From the NCBI GenBank assembly GCA_013265495.1, contig MU058844.1, positions 5,372,344 through 5,436,343 on the forward strand: 64,000 bases of DNA, given 5' to 3'. Below the pieces are notes generated by a model. The model did not search any database, was not told where the DNA came from, and was given only the letters and a program-made list of their open reading frames with translations. Shown here in pieces: positions 24,846 through 37,160 of this stretch. A program made the position numbers and the translations under genes. The number at the start of each line of letters is the position of its first letter. The first letter of the stretch is position 1. This stretch comes from Vicugna vicugna (lineage: Eukaryota).

Positions 24846-27800
24846 CAAAAGCTTATGTGTATTAGCTTTTGCATAAACACACACCTTTACAGTGGTGGTA
24901 TATGACCTTAAAATCCTATAAATATTAATAGATTTAATAGTTTAATAGATGTCACCTGTTATAAGCCTTTGGCTATAACACATGCATTTTTCATGATGTG
25001 ATAACTCAAGAAGATGAATTAAATTTTTCAGAATAAGATAATGTATCCACAGAGGGTAGGGTCAACCTAATACTTGTTGGTAAAAATGTTTGACAGCTGT
25101 TTGAACATATTGTCATTTGGGAGGGGAAAGATTCAATTCATCAAAATCAACAGTATTCACTGAGGGAGTTGTATAGTGTCAGAGCAACCTTTATATTAAA
25201 TCTAGTCTTAAATCATTTAAACCATCTGTTGTACATAAGAAGACGCTAGTTAATAGTAACACTCTTATCTTCACTGGAAGCAAAACTACTGTATGTAATA
25301 CCATGCCTGCCGTGTGTGTGTGTGTGCGTGTTTTGTAGCCTTATATATTTGAGTGGAGCAATTTCACAGCAATTAAATCGAATGGAAACTTGTTCTACAG
25401 AGATTTTCACAAGAGCTGGCAATTACATATGGACTAAACTGTTGTACTGCTAACATTTTAACAAAATCTCTCCCCATGAAACACTTTTATCAATGCTCAT
25501 TAATACTCTCATTGTACGAGGGTGCCTTTTTATTTTCTGATTTAATGGCTGTAGATCAATATGTGTTGGGTTGTGGAAACATACAGACTCTGTTAGGAAA
25601 GGGAATTGAAAGAGGAAAATACTGTCTACAGCTGGCAGCCTACCTTTTATATGAAAACTCAATGGAGCTTTTCCTTCCTGGTACCTGAGTAGAAGAACCT
25701 GTATACTCCATTCTCATTTCTTCCTAAATTAATTTTGTTTCTGTTGTGGCTAGAAGCTGAAACTCTGAAAAATACTATGTTCCATACCCAGTTTAAATGA
25801 CTGATTCTCAAAGAAAAATCTAATTGTCAAAAATAATAATTTTGTTATGAGTCACAGTGACATCAGATGACACAAAAAGCTTTATCAAGTGGGATCTTAA
25901 CTCATGAAATTTTGGACACAACTGCATTCTCCAAATGACTCATTTACTTAATGGTGATAATATAAAGCCTAGAACATTGAATTCATTCAGGATTAATGAG
26001 TTTTTTCTTTTGACATACATTCTGAAGTTTTGGGGTTTTTTTGTGGTTGAGTATTGATTGCATTTTCATAGGTCAAGAACTGGTAAACATCTTAATTTTG
26101 AAAAACATTGTTTTGTTTTCCCTATACCATCATTTTTTTCTTGAATTAGGATAATGTATTTTATTGATACAAAGTAAATTGTACATTTACACATTTCAAA
26201 AATGTTTAAACTTGAAAATACTTTGGATGTCTTTTCAGTATATAATGCATTTTAAGTTATTTCTTAATTCTCCATATTTTTTTTTCTACTAAAACCTTAA
26301 ATCTGATGTTTTTCTTATTTTTTGAATGGATGACAGGGAACTGCCACAACTTTGGAATCTAAAGAACTTTATTTTGTAAATAGGAGTTTATGCAATATGA
26401 GAAGCTGTCTCTAGCTTATGACAGTACATCAAAATAAAAAACTTCTCCATTTTAAAGTGTAGTATCTGTTCTCAGGGCTGGACAGCCTTCATGGGCATGT
26501 AGCCTATGATGTCAAACAGGGTTCCACACTTAGAAGGACCCCACTCTTTCCTCAGATAAGGATACAGTACCTCACAAAAGTGAAAGGACTGGTCTGAAGT
26601 CTTCTGTGGGGGCCAATGATAGAGGTCAGTCTTGTGCCAAAAGCTTCTTATCTCCACTGATTTTTTTTTTCCACTACATTGTGTCCCATATTTTCTCTAA
26701 AGTAACTTCCATTTCTTAAATCAATTCTACATTTTTCCAAGAGCCTCTCAAATTTAGTTACACAGTATCTATGAAGCTTAATCCTAGAATATGCCCCAGA
26801 CTGATCCTTACAAAATGCATTCAGATGTATCTGCTCATCTCACTGATAGGTCATAAAAGCCTGTAGTTTTTTTTTTTTTCATATAATAATTCCCCTTAGT
26901 TAGAATTCCTTTTGTCCTCCTAAACCTATCCTAGACCCTGTCCATCTTTCAGAAGTCCAACAGATTTGTAAGTCTCTTATGGAAATTCCCATAATCCTCA
27001 CTTTATTTTGAGATATGACAATTCTTAATAGTGTATATAATAAAGTTTAGCATTTAATTATGTGCCCTCACTTGACGAATTCAGTTTCTTAGTGGCAAAT
27101 AAAGCAATCCACTCTAGCTAGTTTAAGCATAAAAATACATATAAAGATATATTAACTAGTTGATAGATTCTTAGAAGATCAAAGTATCAGTGTTTGAAGT
27201 TTATGCTGGCAGGAACAAGGCTTTAAAAACAGATACAGTTCAGGAAAATGCAAAAATTTCCTTCCTGAGCCCCTAACAAATCCCAGAACTAAATTAAAGG
27301 TCTCTCAGTTTGAATCTGATTGGATGGGTCTGGAGGACATGCCTGGACCTTTCTATAAGAAAGGTTTTTAATTTTAATTCTGCTTATAATTTGAAATGTG
27401 GGGCAATAACACAAAAATTAGGTAAAACAATGGGCTGCTCTGTGTGAATGAGGGAACACAAAATATAAAACTTATTCACTCCCCTGATATGGTTGTTATA
27501 GCATGGGTGTTATTCCTAAAAACATTTGTCTTAGAAGTAATAAATCATGTGCCATACAACTTTATACAGAGCTGGAGCTTTATTTACCTGGATTCAAAAC
27601 TCGGTTCTGATAGAGTGACTTGGAAAGAAAGAAAGTTGATTTCACTATCACCAATCAAGTTAACTCATCAACGAATGCTGAATAATAAAATCTGCCTCAA
27701 AGGGTGATTGTTAGAACTGAAGGAAATAGCTTAAATGTCCGGTACAAATACTAGGTTCTTTGTAACCCTTGTTTCTTGTCTTTCTTTTTCCCTTATATAT

Positions 27801-29077
27801 TATTCTATAAACATTTTATTAATACAATAATGGGCATATAAAATTTACAGAAACACTTGCTCTATATTCTGCTCTATGGGCTCATGAATAAAAAATTATA
27901 GAATTTGGAAGTTGTAATAAAAATGTTTTATCATCTATCATACAAAAACTCATTTCTAATAGTATTCAGCCTCCCTATTTCATGTCGTGGTGGGAAGTAA
28001 AACCTATCTCACATAATAGAAACCAGAGGGATCATTTCTTCCTTTTTAGCCCAGCACAGCCAGAGAGCTGACCCACAGCTTGAGTCGGGAAGGATGTTTT
28101 CTCCCAACAGGGTGACACTTGTTCTCCAAGATCACATAAAAGTTATACAGTGAGAGAGTAACACATAACTTTTTCATAATTTCCCTTAAAAAAGTGAAAT
28201 GAAGTAATTTAAGCAGAGCACTTATAAAAGAGCCTTTTAATACAATTAAAGTCAATAAAACTTAAGTCTTAACATTGTCGCTGTTGCTTTGTTGACTATA
28301 TTGCCCTTTGGGTGATATGACCAAACCATTGTCTCAGACTTGCTTCTGGAGCCTCCTGCTACCTGTTTTTTCTAAGTCTGTCAAAAACTTTGAGAACTCT
28401 TGATATTCTTGCAATACTTAAGTCTTTTGTCTTAAGTTAGAGTTTGTTGCTTACAAAGCAACTGATAAATAGACCACAGAAGTTTGTCTTTGAAATTTTA
28501 GTCATGAAGAGGCTTGGGGTTCTTATTAACTAGTTGAATTGTCTGGATTTTGCCTTTTAACACAGTGTATCTGTCCATGACCATAATGGATAGAAGACAC
28601 TGAAGATATACAATAGCAAAGCTTGGCCTCTGTGTCAAATCCTGAAACAATAAAATGTTCATATATCATATTGACAATTTCTTATATTACTTAAGTTTTA
28701 TTAAGTCCCTTGAAAGACTGTCTATTTTAATAAATTTAGTTGTTATTTTCTAGTTGTATATTATTGTGGATGTTTCCTAATAGCAATAAAGCTCAGTTTT
28801 CTCACTTGTCAAAAAAAGAAAATACTATTTTTGTAAGATTTTTGTAAGGATTATTGTATTAGATATTATATAAAATGCACTGAGCAATATTAGGGTTTTT
28901 TTAGCCCAAATAAGTTGAAGGAACAGTATTTGCAATAATGACGAAAGTCTTAGCTTTTTTCTTGATTGAGGTCAAACTAAAGTTGCAGTCATATAGTTTC
29001 TAGTTTAATCAAAACATTCCTTTCACTGCTGTGTCTGTAATGTAGATGGAGATGGAGATTTGACTCTCTCCATATAC

Positions 29078-29796
29078 TGTTACTGAACCAAACTTGGGAC
29101 CACTGCTCACACACAGTAAAGCCAATCTACTGACATCGAGTTGTAGTGAAGGGAAGTGCAGTGTTTATGTGAGGTACCAGGCAAGGAGTTAAGGGCAGCT
29201 AGTGCTCAAAAAGCCCCAACTCCATGACTGGTTTAAGGGAAGCATTTTTAAAAGCAAGTTGAGGAGGGGCCTTGCAGGGTGGGGGATCCGCTCCTACACC
29301 GTTCTCTGGTTGACTGATTGATGGTGATGTGACAGGGCCCTGTAATGTATGTACATTGGTACAGTGGTAACCCCTGCATGGAATGTAACAGCGGTTGGCA
29401 TTACCCATCATCAGGCTTCCATAGGTCTGAGGGCAACTGTGCTCATGGGCATCAGGAGGTTAACTTCTCCTATTCGGTGGGCATGTTACATCTGTAAAAC
29501 AACTCAGGGAAAAGTGCGTCAGGTACTGTCATCTGGGTATTTCAGAGAGAAGCTGAAGATTCTATCACTGCCATGTGGCTGAGTTACTGTTTAAATTCTT
29601 ACCAGTCCTCCTGGCCCAACTGCTTTGTTTGTCATGACACGTTTACATCCTTTCAATCATTAATTCTTGATCCAGGCTTTTGTGACTCCAGGAGGCCTGG
29701 GAGACTACAGCTTTTCTACAGACAAGAGGCAGGTGAAGGACATGGGGGAAGAGGGTCTGTCCTGGAAGGGAGGCTCCATAGGGTCCTACTCTGTTA
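29078..29796 (-). mobile_element. ERV (probably ERV1-class) solo LTR, ~720 bp
   Basis: GC-richer block starting tgttactgaaccaaacttggg and ending agggtcctactctgtta; antisense polyA-like gtgtttat near 29165; resembles laurasiatherian LTRs. Confidence 0.65.
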
Positions 29797-31439
29797 TGCT
29801 TTTGTCAGTGGTTTTTTTTTTATCTTATCTAGAAACAATAAGGTTAGAATGCCATTTTATTTAAGTAATGTCCATTATTTTCTTTGAAAGGTATTAGGTT
29901 AAGGCACAAAGGCACGGCTGTGAAAAGCTTCATTTTTCTTTAAAGTCTCTATGAATATATTTGCCTTACATTTTAGTGACTCAATAGGCAAAGAATAATA
30001 TTTGTCAGTAATTTAAGTTCTATATCTTTAGGTTTGTTGTTGCTTTTGCAACTGTTGTTTGATTTTTTTTTCATTTGGGAGAATTTTAAGAGTAGTTTGG
30101 CTATTTATCATAGAAAATTTTGCTTAATCTAGGAACAGTTTGCTTTTTCCCTGAGAGAATTTTTTGATGTGCTTTAACATGTTACATACCTACACTAGAT
30201 ATGCATATAAATATTTACTTGATGCAGTTTTTGAACTATTCAATGGGCTAACTATTGGCCTGTCAGATACTACTCATCTGGTACCAATATAGGCACATTT
30301 ATGAAGACGTACTTTAACTTCGCATTTTGTGTTTATTATTTTTTTGGCTCTCTTCAGTATTTCTTTATAGTTATTAGTAGGCATTAGAGAAAAATAGTAT
30401 TTTGATTATGAATAAATAACAAAACATAAAGCATACATATGGAACATAGAATATATGTAAAATGAAGTCTGTATTAGTCAGTGTAGTATGTTAAGTGATT
30501 TCAAACATATATATATACACACACATATGTATATATATAAATTTACATATACTTGAATGATCCAAGCTGATATATAAATTACATACTACTTGATTGTGAA
30601 ATCTAATCAGAAGTAGAGTAAGTACATGGAAAAATACGTTTTTTTTCCTTCTTGAAAGACATGGAAATAATACTCTGGTATACAAGGCATAGTCTAAGTG
30701 CTTATATTGCTATAGCATATTGATTTTCTGACTGTAGGCTTCATCATAATTGGGCAGTAAACTATTCTATTTAATTTGTGGCAGTGTTGTCAGAAGTATA
30801 TAATTTAGAGTTATATATTAAATGAATTTAAATAAGTCTCTTGGATTTATTTATTTATCTACCTTATTTGAATTAAATTGCCCTTCTGTATGGTAATGAG
30901 AAGATATAGAACCCCTACTTAATGATGAAGAATGATTAGAATTTTAACATTTCTTTTGGAATATAAATTAATCCTCTAGTTAGTAAAAAATGGAGAAGAA
31001 TGTGCCTTGTTGCTCTAAAGCACTTAACGGAGAACGCTATCTTGCCCATTAACTACCAGCTTACTGCCTCTTTTTCCTTGTGTGTTTTTCTAATCAAGGA
31101 CATACTTTCTCCCCTGAGGCACGTGGGAGTTTAGCAATTACTTGTAGCTCTAACACTTGGCAATTTCTTCTGGGACTGCAATCTGTTAGAGTTCAATTCT
31201 CTCAGCCACAGACAAAATGATCAGAATGAATTAATTCCTTCAGAATGAAACCAAGTGAATAAACTAAATGTGATTGAAATGAACTTAGGTGGCACTCATA
31301 CATAAATCAACAGACAACCCCAGCACATAACCTGACTGTACATACTTATGGCATGTGTTTCATATTCTAGCAACTTTTAAAAGTTTTTTTTTTAGTCTCC
31401 TAAGGAACATTTTTAAAGTCCCAGTAAAGTTCAGTATAG

Positions 31440-32010
31440 ATGTGATAATTGTGATCATGTATATATTTGCAGTATCATTCTGCAAAGAGGATATATTACA
31501 TGATATGCTCTCCAACAGTGTAAGACAGTCACTGTAACCGCACAACTTCACTAATGCTCAGTAGTAACAAGTGTTTTTGTCTTCATCAATCTGTTAGGTA
31601 AAAATGCAAAACACAAAACAACAAAAATACATTTTTTTTTGAAATTTACACCTATTTCAGGATGAGTGAGCTTAATTGAGCTTAAACAGTTTTCACAGTT
31701 TTATTAGCCATTTATTTATGAATTCTTGTGAATTTATTCATGTTAGTTTTACATTTTTCTTTTTTATGTGTAAAAAAGCCATTTCCATTTAAAGAATTGA
31801 GTCTTTTACCACATATGTTGCAGATTTTCCCCCTAGACTTAACTGTTACACAGACATATCACTCATAGGAATTTATCCAACAAACATATTGGACAGATTT
31901 ATAAAGCATATTTATTGTTGCATTATTGGTGAAAAACTAAGGCTAGAATTTACATAAATATGAATAAAGGACTGATCTGGATAAATTATAAAACATCCCT
32001 TCTGTAGAAT
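31440..32010. mobile_element. Ancient L1ME-type 3' fragments in opposite orientations (minus ~31440-31835, plus ~31850-32010)
   Basis: ctccaacagtgtaaga...catatgttgcagattttccc (antisense) and actcataggaatttatcc...tttattgttgcattatt...ggataaattat (sense). Confidence 0.5.
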
Positions 32011-32035
32011 ATTAAGTTAATCTAAAGAATGAACC

Positions 32036-32930
32036 AGGAGGGAGTGCCAAGATGGCAGAGTAGAGGGACTCAACAGCTTGCCCTCTCCCACAAATACACC
32101 AAGAATTACATCTACAGACCCACTGAATCATGCAGAACACCTGCAGAACTTTGGCAGAGTGTCTCTCACTTTGAAATACAAGAAGATTCCTCATAAAAAC
32201 TGATAGGAGGAAAAAAAAAGAGGGAGGGGGTAGAAAAAGGAAATCAGTGCATGACCAGTCCCACAGGGAGGGAGCAGCAAAGGAAGAAAAGCACCCTCAT
32301 GCTGGGATGCTCCTCTCCAGCCAGAAGGTCAGTGAGGGGCAGAAGCGGAGCTTCCAGGGCTCAGAGGAGTAAGTGGCAGCCACTTGGCAGACAGAACTAA
32401 GAGAAACTGACATGGAGGTTCCCTGTGATCCCCATCCCTAGATGCTAGTCAGCGGGGATGGGCCAGGACTGGCTGCTGGAGAGGGGTGATGAGTCTGGAT
32501 AGAGGGCTGGGGCCCACTGTACAGAGGCAGCCTCAGGGGACTGAAGGGTGGTGTGAGCTGTGGCCCGAAGTATGTGTGGAATTGAACAGTCGTGGACCAC
32601 CATAAAAAAGGCAACAGCGTTAGTGTGCAAAGGGGTGAGGGGCACAAGGCAGACACACCATAGCCACTGTATCTGCTGAGCTCCATTGTTGGTGCGTTCT
32701 CCCGAGAAGAAAGGTAGGGCTCAGTCATAGCCGTCACATGGCTCCTGTGCAGTTCCAGCGTGGAGGCAGGGCTAAAACCTGAATCCATACCTAGGGCCCT
32801 GCAGCTTCACAGGCCAGTCTGAAATTTATTTACAGCCCCAAGCAGAGGTGGCGGATTCGCTCCACTGGTTCCTTTGTGGGTCCACATCTATGGGAGAGCA
32901 GAGAGCAAGCTGAGTTCTGGTTCAGGTAGG
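32036..32930 (+). mobile_element. LINE-1 5'UTR (promoter) fragment with no ORF1 downstream
   Basis: Starts ggagggagtgccaagatggcagagtag (L1 start with YY1-type CAAGATGGC at 32048-32056), then ctctcccacaaatacacc...gcagaacacctgcagaac...gggagggagc; GC-rich with TG/CA excess. Confidence 0.75.
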
Positions 32931-32944
32931 GGTATTTTAATCTG

Positions 32945-34140
32945 TAGCATGGTATGTCTTTCCTTGTATTTGTTCTTAATAATTCTCAATGATTTAATTT
33001 TTTGTGCATAGATCTTGTACATATTTCATTAGATTTATTGCTAAGCAGTTGATGTATTTCTGATAGTTTTTTAAATATGTATAAACATAATTTTATACCT
33101 GCTATAGTTTTGTTTGCCATTTGTATCATTGACTTAATATGTTTTCCACATTAAAAAATTCTCAAATATTCTGTCTTTAAATATTGCTTCTGTCCCCTTA
33201 ACCTTTCTCCTTTTTTGACTGAGACTCCAGTCATAAATGTGGGATGGAATGTGTTGATTGGTACAGATGTGGAAGTGTTGATACTGGGGGAACTACATAT
33301 ATGGGGGACCAACTATAAGTTAGACACAGATTTTCAACTGCAGGGGAGTTGGCACTTCTAACTTCTATGTTGTTCAAGGGTCAACTGTAATTCTCATCTC
33401 AACTGTGATAAATATTGTAAACTGATCCACTGATATTTTAATTTAAATTATTATACTTCTCATTTCTTTAATCACCTTTGAATTCTTTATATATACTAGA
33501 CGCAATTCTCTATTGAAATTCTACTTTGTCTTTTAGTTGTTTAAAATAGATATTTTAAAGTCTATATAATAACTCTAGTATCCCTATTTTCTGTAAATTA
33601 TGTTTCTTTTGAAAGTATTTTCTGTTTTTTAATATGCTGTGTGACTTATGCCATTTAATTTTGTACTGAATGTCAGATATAATATATGAAAAATGTGGAG
33701 ATCATTTGAGACTCTAGATAATGTTATATTTCCCTAGAGGTGATTTCATTTGCTTATGGGAGACAACTAGAAAATGGAAAGATCACTTAATTCAATTAAG
33801 AATTGAGTTGATTGGTAGTCCCTTAGCGCATGTTGACTGTTCCAGTTTATTCAGTTCCGAGGATGTAGCCATTTGTGGTTCTAACAGAGCTGGTGGTATT
33901 TACTGGGCATCTCTTTCTTGGCTCTATCTCATTGATCGTTTTCATGCCTTCAATACATTGATACCACTGAAGCTCTGCTCATGTGTCTCAACATCTTATC
34001 TGCTGCTTTCAAAATCCACAGCTCAAATGGAAGGGCTTCCTTCGCTCTGTTTTTCTCCTCTCCCTCATCTTGACCCTGCTAATTCTTACTGCCACAGTAG
34101 CTCCACTATGCCTTACTCTCAAGAGGATTGCTCTAAAACA
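32945..34140 (-). mobile_element. Ancient L1M/HAL1 remnants, fragmented and interrupted by a Tigger
   Basis: catggtatgtctttcc...agatcttgtacatatttcattagatttatt (antisense ORF2) and old-L1 5'-like sequence around 33700-33780. Confidence 0.45.
33240..33389. mobile_element. Tc1/mariner Tigger2-family terminus
   Basis: Ends tgttgttcaagggtcaactg followed by TA (Tigger TIR plus TA target), preceded by aagttagacacagattttcaactgc. Confidence 0.75.
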
Positions 34141-34164
34141 GGCTAGTCCTTCATTGCCAGTTGG

Positions 34165-34642
34165 TGGTTGAAAAAAACCTGTCATTCTTTCCTTCTCAGT
34201 CATTTGGCTGGTCTAATAATTAAATTGACATGAGACACAATAGAAAAACAAATTTTCTATGTATGGGAGCCCCATAAAAGTATGAGACTCAGAGAAGTGA
34301 CGAAAGGAGGCAACTTTGATAACTTTTAGACAGGAAAACAAATTTACAAAGAATTGACAAGGCAAAGGGGCATGGGGTAGTAAAGTAGTGAAGAAGTAAT
34401 AATGTTTGTATATATAGCATTCTAGGGCCTAAATTTCCTATTTCTGGTAATTAGAATGCTTTCTATCCACCTGATGCTGGAAAGATACCTTTCACATGGT
34501 ACATTTATTTCCTGTTTTCAGGGGGATGAAGGAGGATTAGAGTTTCCTACTTGTACTGGCTGTTTTTTAAAGTAACTTTAATGGAAAATAATCAATATGC
34601 CAAAATGGTGTATCTTGAGTTGGCATATTGTGTTCCCTTTCA
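34165..34642 (-). mobile_element. ERV1 solo LTR, MER34-like
   Basis: End aatatgccaaaatggtgtatcttgagttggcatattgtgttccctttca is the reverse complement of a MER34-type LTR start (TGAA...AATATGCCA). Confidence 0.6.
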
Positions 34643-34654
34643 CCCATAAGTGGA

Positions 34655-35850
34655 ACTAGAAATATGTATAGATGGACTGACTATGAAATGTAATAGAAGC
34701 TACAGTGATTAACAGGCCTCAAAAGTTTGGGGCTTGAATAACTGGGGAAGACTTTTGTCACTTACTAAGTAACAATACTAAAGAACAGGTTGAGGAATTA
34801 TAGGAGATCAAAGTATATTGTCAAATGTATTACATTTGAAATACAGTATAGATACTTGAATATACAAATCTAGAATTTATAAGAATTGCATGGGTTAAAA
34901 CACATTTTGGAATTATTAGTATAAATGGTAATAAAAAGCCGCTAAACTAGATGAGACCAATGACTGTTATAGGTAGAAAAAGGAAGTGATTGTAAGATTG
35001 AGGTCTGGGAACTCCAGGGTTTAGGGGTTGGGATCAAAACCATAAGTAAGAAAAGAGAATGAAAGACTGTTTCCAGAGATGAAAGTGGATGAGTGGAAGT
35101 ATGGGATGTCTCAGAAACCTTTGAGAGTGCCAGTAAGAAATTAATATGGAAATATGAAATAATGATCTGTGTTTTAAATTGTAAAGTATATAGCTTAAGA
35201 AACATCTATTGAATGTGACGATGTGTTAATCACAGGGAACCTTGAAAAAGTCATTCCATACAAGGGGTGGGAAGGAAATCATGAAAAAAAAATTCAAGAA
35301 GGAAGGAAAAAGAAGAAATGCAAACAGGAAATACAGATAATATATTTGAGCCATTTCTTATAATGAATGGCACAGACACTTGGGGAGTGGCTGAAAGGAT
35401 GTAAGGAGTTTTCTTTTTAATTAAGTTGGAAATTTTTTTTAGAAATAATTCTGCTCAGAGGAAAAATCCAATAATGTCAGAAAGAAAGGGGAGCACTTGC
35501 AGAAGGATATTCCATAACTAAAAATAGGATATGAAATGCAGGGCACAAGTGAGGGTTGGGATTAGATAAGGTGGTGGACAGGTTGCCAGCTGCAACAAGA
35601 GGAGAGGGAGAACACAGGTGCAGATGCAGAAGTTATTGGTGCTGTGGTGTTGTGAGGTTTTAAGGACACAAAAGTGTATTACTTTTCATTTTCCCCTAAT
35701 CCCCAAAGAAGCAAGGTTATCAGAGTGTGAAAAAAGGGAGGGTTATAAGTTTGAAGGAAAGAGAATGTGTGAAAAAGTACTCAAGTGAACGGGAGACAGA
35801 GGTAACTAGGAAAATGTGATGGAAAAATCAGAGCAGGACCAGGGGCTCAC
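34655..35850 (-). mobile_element. L2 LINE remnant
   Basis: Purine-rich block with L2 motifs (ttttggaattattagtataaatggtaataaaaagcc, gaggtctgggaactcc, gtgtcagaaacc-like). Confidence 0.5.
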
Positions 35851-36109
35851 TCTGTATCCATGACCATAGATTTAATATGAGATTTAGACTAAACAAGGTA
35901 TAGAGTTGAAGACGTGAGGATGCTGACTGATTATGTAAAGGTCAGAATCTCTGACAGATTTCCTGAGATTTGCTTTACGATTTGGAAAACTTAAAAGATA
36001 TATTCACATAGAGAAGTGAAAAAATAAACAAACAAACAGATCTTTCCTCTGTGGTAGCTCAAAACTCTAAGTGTTTTTATTCATATTTTTAATTCATTTA
36101 ATCTTTGCA

Positions 36110-36260
36110 ACTCTATTAAGTATTCCTATACCCATTTCATAGATAAACTGAGACACAATATATTGTCCAATTTGCCCTAAGTCACATAGCCAGCAGTTCC
36201 AGAGTCAAGTCTCAAGTCCAGCCTATAATGATCCTGGGGCTTACTTTCTTAAAATTCACA
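36110..36260 (-). mobile_element. MIR SINE
   Basis: cccatttcatagataaactgagacac...tttgccctaagtcacatagc. Confidence 0.7.
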
Positions 36261-36854
36261 CTGTTCTTCCAACCCAGCAAAATGGAGAACATTGGAGCAA
36301 TCTCTCTAAGTTGCTAACTGTACATAATAAAGAGAATTGGTTAAATGTCAGTGTCTTAAATGTGGGAGTTGCTGATAGTGGAGTTCAGACAAGCTCATTC
36401 TTCCAGATATCTTCTAAATTGTAGCCAGAGACAATTTGATCCAAGTCCAAATTTTTAAATGGAAATTACTCCATTGTAAAATACGTTTTATAATCTTTCT
36501 CTTTGTGGGTCATGGACCGTGGACTTTTTCTCTGTGATGTGTGCAAATGCATTTTATATTGAACTCAGACATTTTGAATTTGTTAAAATGGAAGGATGGC
36601 ATTTCACATTGTAATGTGATCAGCAACTTATTTTTTTTTTTTTAGATTTGGCCTCCCACATTTAGTTGTCATAGTAGTAGCTGATGAAGAGACCTGGAAT
36701 TATCACTGTTCAATCATGAAAAACATAGCTAGAGCCAAATATACCACCTGTCTATGAAAAGGTTCAAGATTGCTTTTAAATATAGATCTTATTTAATGGC
36801 TCAGAGAAGAAAAAAATAGTTTTATAGCTTGCTCTTCTTAAAATATTAATTGTA

Positions 36855-37160
36855 ATTGTGATAGTATTAGGCAGTGGAACCTTTGGGTTGGTGATTTGTT
36901 CATGAGGATTCCATCCTTATGAATGGATTAGTGACTTTACAAAAGAGGCCTCAGGGGCTCTCTTGTCCCTTTCACCATGTGAAAACACAGGAAGAAGATG
37001 ATCATCTGTGAACCAAGAAGTGTACTTTTACCAGACACAGAATCTGTCAGAGCCTTGGTCTTGGGCTTCTTGACCTCCAGAACTGAGAAATGAATTTTTG
37101 TTGTTTATAAGTCACCCAGTCCATGGTAATTTGTTCTAGAAGTGGGAACTGACCAAGATA
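36855..37160 (+). mobile_element. MaLR LTR (MLT1A/B-like), 5' part missing
   Basis: gtattagg...ctttggg...atgaatggattagtg...ccatgtgaaaacacag...gccttggtcttgggctt...cctccagaactgagaaat...ttgtttataagtcacccagt...gactaagaca-like end. Confidence 0.8.

Noticed and set aside
32438..32788. 116-aa Pro/Ser-rich minus-strand ORF (possible ORF0 analogue)
   Set aside because: Lies in a GC-rich, decayed L1 5'UTR where stops are rare; no evidence that it is conserved in the family.
33721..34146. 141-aa ORF
   Set aside because: Falls in ancient L1-like antisense sequence; no protein similarity that I recognise.
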